Notes under the pieces: model-generated
What the model was told of the DNA's origin: nothing
What the model saw: the letters and a program-made list of their open reading frames with translations, nothing else
Database searches by the model: none
Position numbers and translations under genes: made by a program
Shown here: positions 45,827 to 55,484 of the stretch, one piece after another
How positions within the stretch are numbered: position 1 is the first letter of the stretch
Layout: each line of letters starts with the position of its first letter
NCBI GenBank assembly: GCA_045544195.1
Contig: JAZPYO010000022.1
Location: forward strand, 12,681-76,680
Origin: Eubacteriales bacterium
GTDB taxonomy: Bacteria > Bacillota > Clostridia > Oscillospirales > CAG-272
Reading direction: 5' to 3'
Length of the DNA stretch: 64,000 nucleotides

Positions 45827-46987
45827 TCAGAGCTTATATACCACCTTACCGTCTATCACCGTCATAATTACATTTGAATATATATCGAGCGGATCGTTAT
45901 CAAAAACAACGATATCTGCGTCCATTCCCTGCCTTATCATACCGACCTTGTCATCTATTCCGAGTATTTTTGCGGCATTCACGGTAAGCGCCTTGAGCGC
46001 CTGTATATACGGCAAACCGTGCTTATGCGCAAGTGATGCACACAATGGCAGATACTGTATAGGCGTTTCGGGGTGATCGGTCGTTATGCTGAAAAGTATT
46101 CCGTGCTCATTCAGTATACGGGGGTTGTCAAACGAAAGATTTTTAAGCTCGGGCTTACTCCTGTCAGTCATATTAGGACCTATTATCGCCTTTACATTTT
46201 CCTCTGCAAGCTCGCTCGCTATCATATATCCTTCAGTGCAATGTACAAGCGTATAATCAAGCGAAAACCGCTTTGCAATACGAATTGCGGTAAAAATATC
46301 GTCTGCTCTGTGTGCGTGAAAATGCGCAGGGCAATCACCTGCTACAACAGGGCTTAACGTATCGTTTTTATCATCGTACTCAGGCTCGTCAAAGTTCTCG
46401 CTGTCCGATCTGTAATTTGCCATAGCATCGGTATATTTTTTCGCCTTTGTAAGCGCCTCTCGGATTATTGATGCAGTCGCAAGACGTGTCTGCGGAGTCT
46501 CGTTTTTCCCCTGGTACACGGATTTCGGATTTTCTCCAAGAGCAAATTTCATTGCCGCAGGCGCTTTTACGATCATATTATCTATACGTCTTCCAAAGGT
46601 TTTTATTACAACGGATGTTCCACTGATCGGATTAGCGCTTCCGGGCCCCGTGCAGACTGTTGTTATACCTGCCTTGTACGCATCGGCAAAGCAAGCATCG
46701 AATGGATTTATTCCGTCTATTGCAGACAGCTGCGGTGTTGTCGGTGACGTTTCCTCATTCAGATCGTCCCCCTCAAAGCTGATAGAATCCTCAAGGATCC
46801 CCAGATGCGTGTGGGCATCTATCATTCCCGGGATCACCACTCCGCCGCCGACATCAAATACATCATCGTCAATTGGCGCTTTGCCTTCATAAACACCCTT
46901 TATCTTGCCGTTTTCTATGACTATGCTGCCATTGCCGATGATCCTTTCATCATCCATAGTATAAATTTTTGCGTTAGTAATAATCAT
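45827..46987 (-). CDS. Metal-dependent amidohydrolase
   Basis: PGMIDAHTHLG, GPGSANPISG, KFALGENPK, HAHRADD, TDHP, TVNAAKILG, G.DADIVVF. Confidence 0.9.
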   Translation of the reverse strand: MIITNAKIYTMDDERIIGNGSIVIENGKIKGVYEGKAPIDDDVFDVGGGVVIPGMIDAHTHLGILEDSISFEGDDLNEETSPTTPQLSAIDGINPFDACFADAYKAGITTVCTGPGSANPISGTSVVIKTFGRRIDNMIVKAPAAMKFALGENPKSVYQGKNETPQTRLATASIIREALTKAKKYTDAMANYRSDSENFDEPEYDDKNDTLSPVVAGDCPAHFHAHRADDIFTAIRIAKRFSLDYTLVHCTEGYMIASELAEENVKAIIGPNMTDRSKPELKNLSFDNPRILNEHGILFSITTDHPETPIQYLPLCASLAHKHGLPYIQALKALTVNAAKILGIDDKVGMIRQGMDADIVVFDNDPLDIYSNVIMTVIDGKVVYKL

Positions 46988-47041
46988 TTTTCCTCACATA
47001 TTGTTAAAGGCTGTCAACATAATGCGACAGCCTGTTAATAA

Positions 47042-47320
47042 TCATTTTGTAAGATCGTTGTAGTATATGACCTCATTGGGATCACGGTATCCGAGCTCCT
47101 CTTTAGCAACTCTCTTTATGTACTCATCGTCTATTTCCGATGCGTACTCGTCGCGGAGCTTTTCTACCTGTATCTGTTTTTCAGCCACCTGCTGAGCGAG
47201 ATCCTGCTGCTTTTCCTTCAATGTGTTCACCTGCATGCTCAGATTGAGTATGGTGACAAAAGCAAAGATCAAAAAAACACCGAGTGCAAGCTTTACAAAA
47301 ACATTTGCACGCAATCTCAC
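47042..47320 (-). CDS. divIC: Septum formation initiator (DivIC/FtsB-like)
   Basis: TM + coiled coil + DDEYIKRVAKEELGY..PNE; follows yabPQ. Confidence 0.8.
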   Translation of the reverse strand: MRLRANVFVKLALGVFLIFAFVTILNLSMQVNTLKEKQQDLAQQVAEKQIQVEKLRDEYASEIDDEYIKRVAKEELGYRDPNEVIYYNDLTK

Positions 47321-47850
47321 TGAAGCTCCACGTCCTTTCTTAAAGATTTTATGATACCTTTTTTTATCGTATGCGAAGCGAAAACGGAATCAAACACCTT
47401 GAATGTGCAGAAAAACAGGCGCATAAGCGGAGCTATTACAACACACCGTACCGCTTTTTGAGCAAGCGCGAGCAATTTTCTCATCAGAAAATTCACAAGT
47501 CTTCCCAGGGTAATTCTATACAGAATAAACCCGAAAACGCCAAAAAGCATTATAAAAAGCCTGTATTTGCCATTATTCGCGCAAAACACAAACACTACGA
47601 TAATTATAGTATATACTATTGAAAAGAAAAAATCAATAGAAAATTGAAATATTTTTGAAATTATTGTTTTATTTTTTTCACACGGTTGATTTCCGCTTCT
47701 TTTTTCACCGCATTTATCTATATGTAGATCGGCAATCATATATATTGTGTCGAAAAAGCTGTAAATAAATCCTACGCCGATCCCAAGACATACAGAATAC
47801 AGCAACAGCAAAAGCTGCTCTGACGGCGGACTGTAAATAAAGTCACTCAT
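47317..47850 (-). CDS. yabQ: Spore cortex biosynthesis protein YabQ
   Basis: LGIGVGFIYSFF, QFSIDFFF, NNGKYRLF...G..LYRITLG; located between yabP and divIC. Confidence 0.8.
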   Translation of the reverse strand: MSDFIYSPPSEQLLLLLYSVCLGIGVGFIYSFFDTIYMIADLHIDKCGEKRSGNQPCEKNKTIISKIFQFSIDFFFSIVYTIIIVVFVFCANNGKYRLFIMLFGVFGFILYRITLGRLVNFLMRKLLALAQKAVRCVVIAPLMRLFFCTFKVFDSVFASHTIKKGIIKSLRKDVELQ

Positions 47851-48104
47851 TTGAATATCCGTGATATAAAGCTCTGCTTTTCTTCGGTCTGCTCCGGATA
47901 ATAAAATGACACTATTTCCCCGTCGATATGTATATCGCCTCCGTCACAGTCGAGCTTCGATACGCTGAGCGAATTTCCCTGCACGCAGCATATTCCCATA
48001 GTGCTTTTTATTATCACGCTGTTTTCATCGAAGCTGAGAACGCTCACCGCCCCGCCTATTTCAAGATGCTTTCTTCCCTTTAATACTACATTATGCTCAG
48101 TCAT
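47847..48104 (-). CDS. yabP: Sporulation protein YabP
   Basis: H.VVLKGRKHLEIGGAVSVLSFDE..VI..STMG..CVQG..L.VSKLD...G.IHIDGEI...Y; start reset to MTEH after GGAG. Confidence 0.85.
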   Translation of the reverse strand: MTEHNVVLKGRKHLEIGGAVSVLSFDENSVIIKSTMGICCVQGNSLSVSKLDCDGGDIHIDGEIVSFYYPEQTEEKQSFISRIFK

Positions 48105-48148
48105 AATAACTCCGTTCCCGACATATAGCCGTTTTGATCGCACGATAA

Positions 48149-48190
48149 AAGATCGGCATACTTATACATAATGTATAGTATGCCGATCTT
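48149..48190 (-). terminator. Long hairpin terminator after the cohesin gene
   Basis: AAGATCGGCATACT...AGTATGCCGATCTT with inner TATACA/TGTATA; TTTT follows on the minus strand. Confidence 0.8.
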
Positions 48191-48210
48191 ATCGGTTTTA
48201 GAATAACATA

Positions 48211-49617
48211 TCAGAATTTTCTTTTAAATATGATAGCTGAAATTGCAGCACCCAATATCAAGGATACAACTGAGCATACCAAAGCCACCCAAAGAGGTAT
48301 GGGCTTATTTATTCCCGTCACAACGTCAGCCCTTGTGTCTGTTGTGTCTGTTGTGTCTGTTGTGTCAGCTCCACCGAGCGTTGACTGAACACTTTCATCT
48401 TCTGCGGGTATTGACTCTTCGGAATTATCCGTTACATCATCATTATCGGTGCTTTGTGCTGTGTCCTCTGAAGGAGCATCAGAGCTTTCGCCGTCTGTGG
48501 TATTATCAAGCGTTATATCAGATGTATCCTCAGGCTGTGTTTGTTCTGTATCAGGCTCTTGTGTTTCAGGCTCTGCGGTAGTTTCCCCGTTTGTCTGCTC
48601 CGGAACCTTTACGATATTGAATGTATACGTTTTTTGGCTTCCGTCCTCTGCGGTGCATACCAATTTTACGGATACCTCATCACCGTCAAGCTCAACCGTT
48701 TTTTCCTCACACGTTGCTTTATCGTTTCTCGGTGTGGGAGTCAGTGTTATCTGCTCTGTATCGTGCTCAACATATACCGTATACGTGTAGGTGCGGTGAT
48801 AAAAGTCTACATCGAGAGTACCTGTTGACAGCTCAATATTTGATATATAGCAGTCGGAGCTTGGGACATACGGCTTTTTGCCCATCGTAGCGTTGATGAT
48901 ATAATCCTTTGTCGTTCCGTCCTCTGCGGTAACGGTGAGCCTTATCTTATTTTCGCCTTCCTTGAATGATTCGTTTCCGTATATCTTTACCTTTGACTTA
49001 CTGTCCGTAACTGACGCATTTATGGTAAGGGGGTCTGTTCTGTAATCAAAGCTCGCCTTGTATTCCGTAACAGACGGTGAAAATGAAGGTTCAAGCGTCA
49101 CTCCGTCAACGGAAAGTGAAGAAAGAGTACAAACGGACGATTTTCTGTCAAGTGTAACATAGCAGCTTTGCTTGCGTGCTTCAAACTCCTCAAATGAATC
49201 AGTTGTAACACGCGGTGACGATATGGATATTCTAACGCTTTCACCCTTAGCAAGATCGGCATCTGCCTTGAGAGTTATCTGCATGAGCTTTGTATCTCCC
49301 TCTATCGCCTTGCCTGTATAATTGCACAAAAAGTATACCTTTCCGTCAGATTTCATGCTTTCGGAATATTCCCAGCCCGAAACAAGACATTTGCTTGAAA
49401 CGTATGAAAGCTGCGAGGAATCAAATTCTATGTAGAAATCAGCACCTATAACGTCATATCCGTTTGTATCTATCGAAGCTGTTACAGTAAAATCATCCCC
49501 TGCCATAACCGTTGCATCGCAGGATATATCAATTTCCGATGCTGCAAATACTGAAATGCAGGCAAACGGGACGATAAGCATAACACATAAAGCAAATATA
49601 AATATTCTTTTCATCAT
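48211..49617 (-). CDS. Membrane-anchored cohesin-like domain protein with two cadherin-like beta-sandwich domains
   Basis: Signal peptide; GDDFTVT....IGADFYIEFDSSQLSYV (cohesin-like); two LSSLSV..L.PSFSP.VTEY / CTAEDG..K.Y repeats; T/D/E-rich stalk; C-terminal TM + KRKF. Confidence 0.75.
   Translation of the reverse strand: MMKRIFIFALCVMLIVPFACISVFAASEIDISCDATVMAGDDFTVTASIDTNGYDVIGADFYIEFDSSQLSYVSSKCLVSGWEYSESMKSDGKVYFLCNYTGKAIEGDTKLMQITLKADADLAKGESVRISISSPRVTTDSFEEFEARKQSCYVTLDRKSSVCTLSSLSVDGVTLEPSFSPSVTEYKASFDYRTDPLTINASVTDSKSKVKIYGNESFKEGENKIRLTVTAEDGTTKDYIINATMGKKPYVPSSDCYISNIELSTGTLDVDFYHRTYTYTVYVEHDTEQITLTPTPRNDKATCEEKTVELDGDEVSVKLVCTAEDGSQKTYTFNIVKVPEQTNGETTAEPETQEPDTEQTQPEDTSDITLDNTTDGESSDAPSEDTAQSTDNDDVTDNSEESIPAEDESVQSTLGGADTTDTTDTTDTRADVVTGINKPIPLWVALVCSVVSLILGAAISAIIFKRKF
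48333..48368. repeat. 9-bp tandem repeat x4 (DTT codons) in the cohesin-protein stalk
   Basis: TTGTGTCTG x3 + TTGTGTCAG; encodes DTTDTTDTTDT. Confidence 0.85.
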
Positions 49618-52600
49618 CAGTATTCCTTTCCTACGATAGTATAATCACCAAGCATATGAGCCTTGAACTGAATAAAATCGACAAGCGATATTTTACCGTC
49701 GCCGTTTATATCTGCGGCATAGGCATCATACGAGGCAAACTCAAGGTCACCCAGCATATACGCCTTCATCATCACAAAATCGACCAATGATATTTTTCCG
49801 TCACAGTTTACGTCGCCCGTTACAACGATATGTACCGTGTGAATGACCTCAGAGCCGCTGTAAAGTCTTAACTGTGTGCCTGTTGTAACATGATCGTCGT
49901 TTGAAAGCTCCTTTTCGCCATTGAATGCCCTTACACCGTCCTTGACATTCAAAGTGTTCAGAATAGCCGAAACAGGTGTTTTTTCGCTGACCTTGCTCAT
50001 AACATCACCGTCGTTTATAACGTATGTATCCGACATTATACGCACGTATGATACCGTTATGCCGTTCGACGTAACAGAGCCTTCAAAGCCGTTTTCGGCA
50101 GTTATTACGGCAGTTATCGTCTTTCCGCTGTCATCTGCTGTAACTGTGTATGCTTCTGAATGCTGACCTCTTATCCTTTCACCGTCTCTGAACCAGGAAA
50201 TGCTGTAAGGAAGCCCTACGGGAGTTATACCTTCAAGCGAAAGAGTCAGCGTTTGTCCGAGTCTTCCCTCTCCTGTAAGGATCAACGAGCCTGAAAGATC
50301 TTCCGCTGTGACACGGACATTAAATTGCAATTCACAGTCCTTATACTGAACAGTTACTTCGTTTTCGCCGTTTTTATCAAGCTGTGCTGAGCAGGAAAAT
50401 CCATCGCTTACAAGCGTTGCTATGCCGGAAAATTCTTTATAATTAAGCAAAAGCCCGTCAGTATTCAGCTTTTCGCCGTATGTATACTGCATTTTATCAG
50501 GAAAGCTACGTACCGTCAGGATATCACTGCTTTGCTTTTCAACGCCGTATTCAAATGCGTATAAGCCGCCGACCGTTGACAAGCGTAATCCGCCGTCAAA
50601 TGCCTCAAACGAAACCTTTTTTATATCTGAGCCGTCTATTCTGTAAACAGACGTAACACCCTTTGCACAGTAAACGTCGCAGATAAATTCCTCGCTTGTC
50701 TGATACTGTCCGAAGCCTATACTGTAAAGCGAAACGCTTTCATTGTCAAGAGCTGAACGCACAAGAGCGAGATCGCCTCCGTATATCCGCGTTGCGTTGA
50801 ATGCAAACGGCGGAAGTCTTTCGGACGAAAAAGCCGCACCTGTATTATTTGAAGAGTAATTGATATATTTAACACGGTATCCGCTTTTTGCTGCCATATC
50901 TACCGTATCGCCGCCGCAGAACATCTGCGCCTTGAGCGAGCGCCCGATGACAGATACGTTTCCGGGTGCAAAAATCTTAAGGTTTGAGCAGTTATCAAAC
51001 GCATAGTCGCCTATTCTGTCAACAGAGCACGGCAAAACGATAATAGAAAGACTGTCGGAAAGGTAAAATGCGTATTCACCGATACTGACAACACTCGGCG
51101 TGAAAAATACACCGTCAAGACTGCTGGCGTAAAATGCATATGCGCCGATCGATGCTACTGTGTCGGGAATGGAATATTTTCCGTTTATATTGGCAGGGAA
51201 TGCTAAAAGGGTCTTACCGTCTTTATCAAGCAAAGCTCCCTCTTTTGATGAAAATGATGTATTGTCATCAGAAACGGAAAACGATACTAAGCCTATAAGG
51301 TGTGAAAACGCACCTTTATCAAACGATCTTACGCTTTCGGGAAGGGTCAAGGACTCAATTTCACCGCACGATATGAAAGCGCCGAAGGATATATGCTCAA
51401 CTCCGCTTTTAAGTGTGAAATCACCTTTAAAAGAGCACGGAACTCTTTCAAGTGTTTTTCCGCTGTCGGTATACATTATTCCAAGCTCGGAGGTGAAGGC
51501 ACCGCCCTGACATATAAATTCATCCAATGCCTCGCAAAAAGCAAATGCATTATGATGTATTTCATTTACAGTATTCGGTATGCTTACGCTTGTTGTATTC
51601 ACACACATATAAAATGCGTACTCGCCTATGGATACTATGCCGTTAGGAATTACCGCTTTTCCGTATATTCCGCAGGGATACGATATAAGGACTTTTGCAT
51701 TTTTATCGCACAGCATACCGTTTACAGAGGAATAATTCTTATTTTTCTCATCAACGCTGAAGCTCTCGATGCCAACACAGCCCGCAAAAGCATTTTCCGC
51801 AATTTTTTCAATGCTCTGAGGTATCGTCACGCTTTTTAGCGTAGGGCTGTACATAAATGCCCCGTCTGCTATCTCATTTACTGTAAGACCGTTTATTTCA
51901 GACGGTATAACAAGATCAATTTCTTCGCCCTCGTAATGTGTAAGAGCTACATATGAGCCGTTTACCGTATAGTGAATACCGTCATAAACGTTCTTTATTA
52001 CGGTGATCTTGCATTCCACGCTTTTATTTGTATAGGCATCAAATGCAACGATAAACGCGTTGCCGCCGTTTATTGCATACACATTTCCTTTTTCATCAAC
52101 AGTAACAACGCTATCGTCGGTACTGTAATATGTAATATCGGATATAGCATCACTCGGAGATATAACAGCGGAAAGGCTTTTGCTTTCGCCGTATGACATC
52201 GTAAGCTCCGTTTGCGGCAATGACACATCTTGTACAAACGTGTGATCGTCTGCGCTTTCCGCCCTTACAATACAAAATCCGTAATACTCAACATCAGCAT
52301 CCGCTTTAATTGATACATTTACCGTATCGCCGTTTATTATAAGTGTTTTATTTGCAAGCTCTCCTGCTGTGAACGAGCCGATGTTTTCTCCGTTTTTATC
52401 AGAAATGATAATATAGTCCCTTCCGCTTTCAACGTAGGTCTGTGCGGAAAATGTAACTGCAATTTTAGACGGTGAGCCGCTTACTGTATACGAATAGCTT
52501 TCAGTGCGGTCAGAACTGTACGGGTGATGGCTCTGTAACGGCGCATCCGCATCGGAAACATTGACCGTGAAGGATACTGTATGCGCTCCGTCAAGCGTTG

Positions 52601-53678
52601 TCGCCGTAATAATAGCCGTTCCTGTTGACATAGCTGAGAGCTTGCCGTTTTCAACCCTTACTATATCCGGCTCTGATGATACAAGATACGTATAAGGAAC
52701 CTGACAGTCGGCAGGCGTGAGCTTTAGCGCGGGGATTACATCATCTGCAAGGCTTATATTCAGAACGGGATCGTCCACAGATACCGAACTTACCTTCTTT
52801 TCCCCTGTATAAACGGTCTCAATATAAGGAATACCGCTTGCCTTTGCATATTTCAAAGCGTCTGATGTGCAATACAGTGTCGCGCCTGTTCCGACGAATG
52901 CATCAGCTCCCACCGTTGCCGCTTGCGGTATAAGGACCGCAGTAAGCGCGTTACAGCCTGCAAATGCATACGCGCCGATGCTCAACGTATCAGATGATAA
53001 AACTGCATTTTTTATGCCCTTGCAGTTCATAAGCATACCGTCAGGTATATTTTTTAACGATGTAAGATACACACTTGAAGAAAAAGATAAACAGTTATAA
53101 AATGCGTATTCGCCAATGCTTTCAACCGAATCAAGCGGAAAATATTCAAGCTCTGTGCAGTTATAAAATGCATAACTGCCTATTTGTGTTATATTGTTAT
53201 CTGTAAAAACGAGCTTTTCAAGGTTATACATACCGTAAAAGGCATGATCTGCGATCTTCGTTACGGTATTCGGCACAGTAAAGCTTTGACAGCTCATATC
53301 AAAAAGCCTTACAAGCTCAGTTTTATCACTGTTATAGATCGCACCGTTTTCCGATACAAAGAAGGCATTTTCGTAAAGCATTACATTTTTCAAGGACACA
53401 CAGCCGTTAAAGGCAGAGCCGCTGATGGACTTAACCGTGCTCGGTAAAGATATTTCATAAACCGAAACACAGTCCTTGAACGCTTCATCTGCGATAGCTA
53501 TGACGGGCTTTCCGTCTATCATCGAAGGCACTTCGATCACATATTCTGCATTTTTATTCCAGCTTGTTACCGTTACACCGTCTGCACCTACACTATACTG
53601 AATATCTGATGCAAAAACTGACAATGATGCCAGCAGCATAGACACAGTAAGGAACGTACAGATCATTCTCTTGATCAT
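49617..53678 (-). CDS. Secreted BspA-type leucine-rich-repeat protein with Ig-like and CUB-like domains and a C-terminal dockerin
   Basis: IGxYAFxxC LRR_5 repeats in two blocks; Big_2-like segments; HPYSSD..Y.Y...I.VTFS (CUB-like); dockerin GDVNCDGKISLVDF / DINGDGKISLVDF; start 53678 after GAAAGGTG. Confidence 0.88.
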   Translation of the reverse strand: MIKRMICTFLTVSMLLASLSVFASDIQYSVGADGVTVTSWNKNAEYVIEVPSMIDGKPVIAIADEAFKDCVSVYEISLPSTVKSISGSAFNGCVSLKNVMLYENAFFVSENGAIYNSDKTELVRLFDMSCQSFTVPNTVTKIADHAFYGMYNLEKLVFTDNNITQIGSYAFYNCTELEYFPLDSVESIGEYAFYNCLSFSSSVYLTSLKNIPDGMLMNCKGIKNAVLSSDTLSIGAYAFAGCNALTAVLIPQAATVGADAFVGTGATLYCTSDALKYAKASGIPYIETVYTGEKKVSSVSVDDPVLNISLADDVIPALKLTPADCQVPYTYLVSSEPDIVRVENGKLSAMSTGTAIITATTLDGAHTVSFTVNVSDADAPLQSHHPYSSDRTESYSYTVSGSPSKIAVTFSAQTYVESGRDYIIISDKNGENIGSFTAGELANKTLIINGDTVNVSIKADADVEYYGFCIVRAESADDHTFVQDVSLPQTELTMSYGESKSLSAVISPSDAISDITYYSTDDSVVTVDEKGNVYAINGGNAFIVAFDAYTNKSVECKITVIKNVYDGIHYTVNGSYVALTHYEGEEIDLVIPSEINGLTVNEIADGAFMYSPTLKSVTIPQSIEKIAENAFAGCVGIESFSVDEKNKNYSSVNGMLCDKNAKVLISYPCGIYGKAVIPNGIVSIGEYAFYMCVNTTSVSIPNTVNEIHHNAFAFCEALDEFICQGGAFTSELGIMYTDSGKTLERVPCSFKGDFTLKSGVEHISFGAFISCGEIESLTLPESVRSFDKGAFSHLIGLVSFSVSDDNTSFSSKEGALLDKDGKTLLAFPANINGKYSIPDTVASIGAYAFYASSLDGVFFTPSVVSIGEYAFYLSDSLSIIVLPCSVDRIGDYAFDNCSNLKIFAPGNVSVIGRSLKAQMFCGGDTVDMAAKSGYRVKYINYSSNNTGAAFSSERLPPFAFNATRIYGGDLALVRSALDNESVSLYSIGFGQYQTSEEFICDVYCAKGVTSVYRIDGSDIKKVSFEAFDGGLRLSTVGGLYAFEYGVEKQSSDILTVRSFPDKMQYTYGEKLNTDGLLLNYKEFSGIATLVSDGFSCSAQLDKNGENEVTVQYKDCELQFNVRVTAEDLSGSLILTGEGRLGQTLTLSLEGITPVGLPYSISWFRDGERIRGQHSEAYTVTADDSGKTITAVITAENGFEGSVTSNGITVSYVRIMSDTYVINDGDVMSKVSEKTPVSAILNTLNVKDGVRAFNGEKELSNDDHVTTGTQLRLYSGSEVIHTVHIVVTGDVNCDGKISLVDFVMMKAYMLGDLEFASYDAYAADINGDGKISLVDFIQFKAHMLGDYTIVGKEY

Positions 53679-53718
53679 ATCAAAGCACCTTTCTATAAAA
53701 TATTTACACTTATAATAT

Positions 53719-53747
53719 ATCATATCATAAATAATATCAAATTTCAA
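53719..53747 (-). promoter_or_regulatory. Promoter of the LRR-dockerin/cohesin operon
   Basis: TTGAAA-17 bp-TATGAT with extended -10 TG. Confidence 0.55.
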
Positions 53748-53946
53748 CATAAAACCCGTCAAACGAAAAAATTTCACAATTAGACCTTTGAAATATCTGA
53801 CACTCATATATGCAAAAAGGAAATGACGGCGGAAAGCCCATAGTAAAGAAATTTTCAAAGTGAAAAACTGAAGCTTGAAATAGATTTTGATTTTCTGCAT
53901 TTTTTAAACCGGTGGTTTAATTGATTAGAAATATATCTAAACACTC

Positions 53947-53975
53947 TTGACAAAAGGTGGGCGGATGCATATAAT
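53947..53975 (+). promoter_or_regulatory. Perfect sigma-A promoter of the three-gene islet
   Basis: TTGACA-17 bp-TATAAT, 41 nt upstream of ATG 54017. Confidence 0.8.
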
Positions 53976-54016
53976 GTCAGTATAGACAACATCAAAAGAA
54001 AGGTTGATATACCATA

Positions 54017-54511
54017 ATGGATAAACAAGAAATATTTAACGGCTTGTGGACGATTACAAAAGAAAAGTATGACGCTTATAAAGCTGATGCATCATCAATA
54101 GACAAAAGCCGTCCCACCGAGCGTGGAGCATTGCAGTTACAGGCGGGTATTTATAATGTCGCTGTTACGGCGGGGCTTCTTTCGGGATCTGATAGCGCAA
54201 TCGAGCTGATGAGTAAAAGATTTAAAAATCTGATAAAGCATTTTCCCGATCTTGCTGACTTTTATAACACGTTGTCGGAGGAGCAAAAGGAGCTTATGGA
54301 GGTTTCACTCTATCCCGAGGTTTTTATGAGAGTGAACTTTTATAATACCTATAAAACCGATATTGAGCAAGCTGAAAGCGATGGAGACCCGCAGAAGATT
54401 TTTAAATCAAGAATTAAAAAGGAAGTGTTAGCGGACATCTTGAATATGTGGCGTAAATTCAGAGTAGAAAACGGATTATTTGCTTTCGCCTTTGACGAGA
54501 AGGAGAAATAA
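54017..54511 (+). CDS. Hypothetical cytoplasmic helical protein (164 aa)
   Basis: RBS AAAGG, consensus promoter, operon coupling; no recognisable motif. Confidence 0.75.
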   Translation: MDKQEIFNGLWTITKEKYDAYKADASSIDKSRPTERGALQLQAGIYNVAVTAGLLSGSDSAIELMSKRFKNLIKHFPDLADFYNTLSEEQKELMEVSLYPEVFMRVNFYNTYKTDIEQAESDGDPQKIFKSRIKKEVLADILNMWRKFRVENGLFAFAFDEKEK

Positions 54512-54514
54512 GCT

Positions 54515-55048
54515 ATGGAATCGAAGCTTAAGCTCTTGAAGCTCCTTGCTGACGAAACACGTCTTGAGATCCTCAACATCCTTTTAAAAGAGGATTCCTA
54601 CGTGGAAAAGATTGCCTGCGAGCTGTCTTTAACACCTGCGACGATTTGTTATCATCTCAAAAAAATGGAAGCAGCAGGCGTGGTAAATTGCTCTCGATCA
54701 CAGTTTTATATTATCTATTCCCTGAATCGCAAAGTATTTGATAAACCACTGTTTGAGTTAATAAAAAAAGATGAAGAAATCGTCAACACCGAAGAAAAAT
54801 ACAAAAAAGAAGTCTTATCGACCTTTTTCAAATACGGACGACTGATACATATACCAACGCAAAGAAAAAAACGCGAGATCGTGCTTTCACATATACTTGA
54901 AAAATTCGATTTTAACCGCGAGTATTCGGAAAAAGAGGCCAACGGGATCATTTTGTGCTTTCACGAGGATTTTTGTACCATCAGACGTGAAATGATTGCA
55001 TTTGGTATGATGACACGCGATCACGAAATATATAAACGAATTAAATGA
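54515..55048 (+). CDS. ArsR/SmtB-type HTH regulator with C-terminal DUF2087
   Basis: LKLLADETRLEIL...IACELSLTPATICYHLKKME; FFKYGRL..IP.QRKKR..VL...YSEKE.N.II...HED...IRREMI..G.M.R. Confidence 0.85.
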   Translation: MESKLKLLKLLADETRLEILNILLKEDSYVEKIACELSLTPATICYHLKKMEAAGVVNCSRSQFYIIYSLNRKVFDKPLFELIKKDEEIVNTEEKYKKEVLSTFFKYGRLIHIPTQRKKREIVLSHILEKFDFNREYSEKEANGIILCFHEDFCTIRREMIAFGMMTRDHEIYKRIK

Positions 55049-55254
55049 AAAGCAAAATCTGTATAGGAGAATGTATATTAAATTACCGAAAGCAGCAAGG
55101 GCTTACACAAGGTGAGCTTGGAAAGCTGCTTAAGGTCAGCACACAAGCCGTATCAAAATGGGAGCGCGAGCTTTGTTATCCCGACATCTTTTTGCTTGGT
55201 GATATTTCTGATCTCATAGGCGTTTCCATTGATGAAATGATGGGAAAAAAGTAG
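55045..55254 (+). CDS. Small XRE-family HTH regulator
   Basis: YRKQQGLTQGELGKLLKVSTQAVSKWERELCYPD; ATGA overlap with the upstream gene. Confidence 0.85.
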   Translation: MKSKICIGECILNYRKQQGLTQGELGKLLKVSTQAVSKWERELCYPDIFLLGDISDLIGVSIDEMMGKK

Positions 55255-55441
55255 AGCTTTTATATTTTAAGATCAGCAGCCGATCAAAAACAGAAACCGC
55301 AAGTTAAATCTCTCTTTTCGCAATATCGGATATAATAGTATGAATACTCCACCGTCAAGTCTTCAATGCCGTTTTTAACGCAAGGCGATGCTGCATCTGC
55401 TGCAAGATATTACACCTTAAATACTAAACACGCAACATACA

Positions 55442-55472
55442 AAAAGGAGATGCGATCAAAGCATCTCCTTTT
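55442..55472. terminator. Bidirectional intrinsic terminator
   Basis: AAAAGGAGATGC-GATCAAA-GCATCTCCTTTT. Confidence 0.9.
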
Positions 55473-55484
55473 GTTAAGGCTTTA

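Noticed and set aside
53679-53900. N-terminal extensions in the ORF track (LRR gene; also rpe 4047-4166, lipoprotein 35648-35770, apbE 41243-41371, Gfo/Idh 33956-34018)
   Set aside because: They cross promoters or upstream genes. Downstream ATGs have a good RBS and give proper signal peptides or family N-termini.
55329-55358. Possible antisense promoter (TTGACG) pointing into the XRE/ArsR islet, with a 9-codon TTG ORF
   Set aside because: No -10 fits at 16-18 bp spacing (TATTAT lies at 15), and the ORF is too short to support.
55261-55440. Candidate ncRNA (6S-like) in the 180-nt gap
   Set aside because: Only short, irregular pairings; no long rod or central bulge found by eye. An Rfam scan would settle it.
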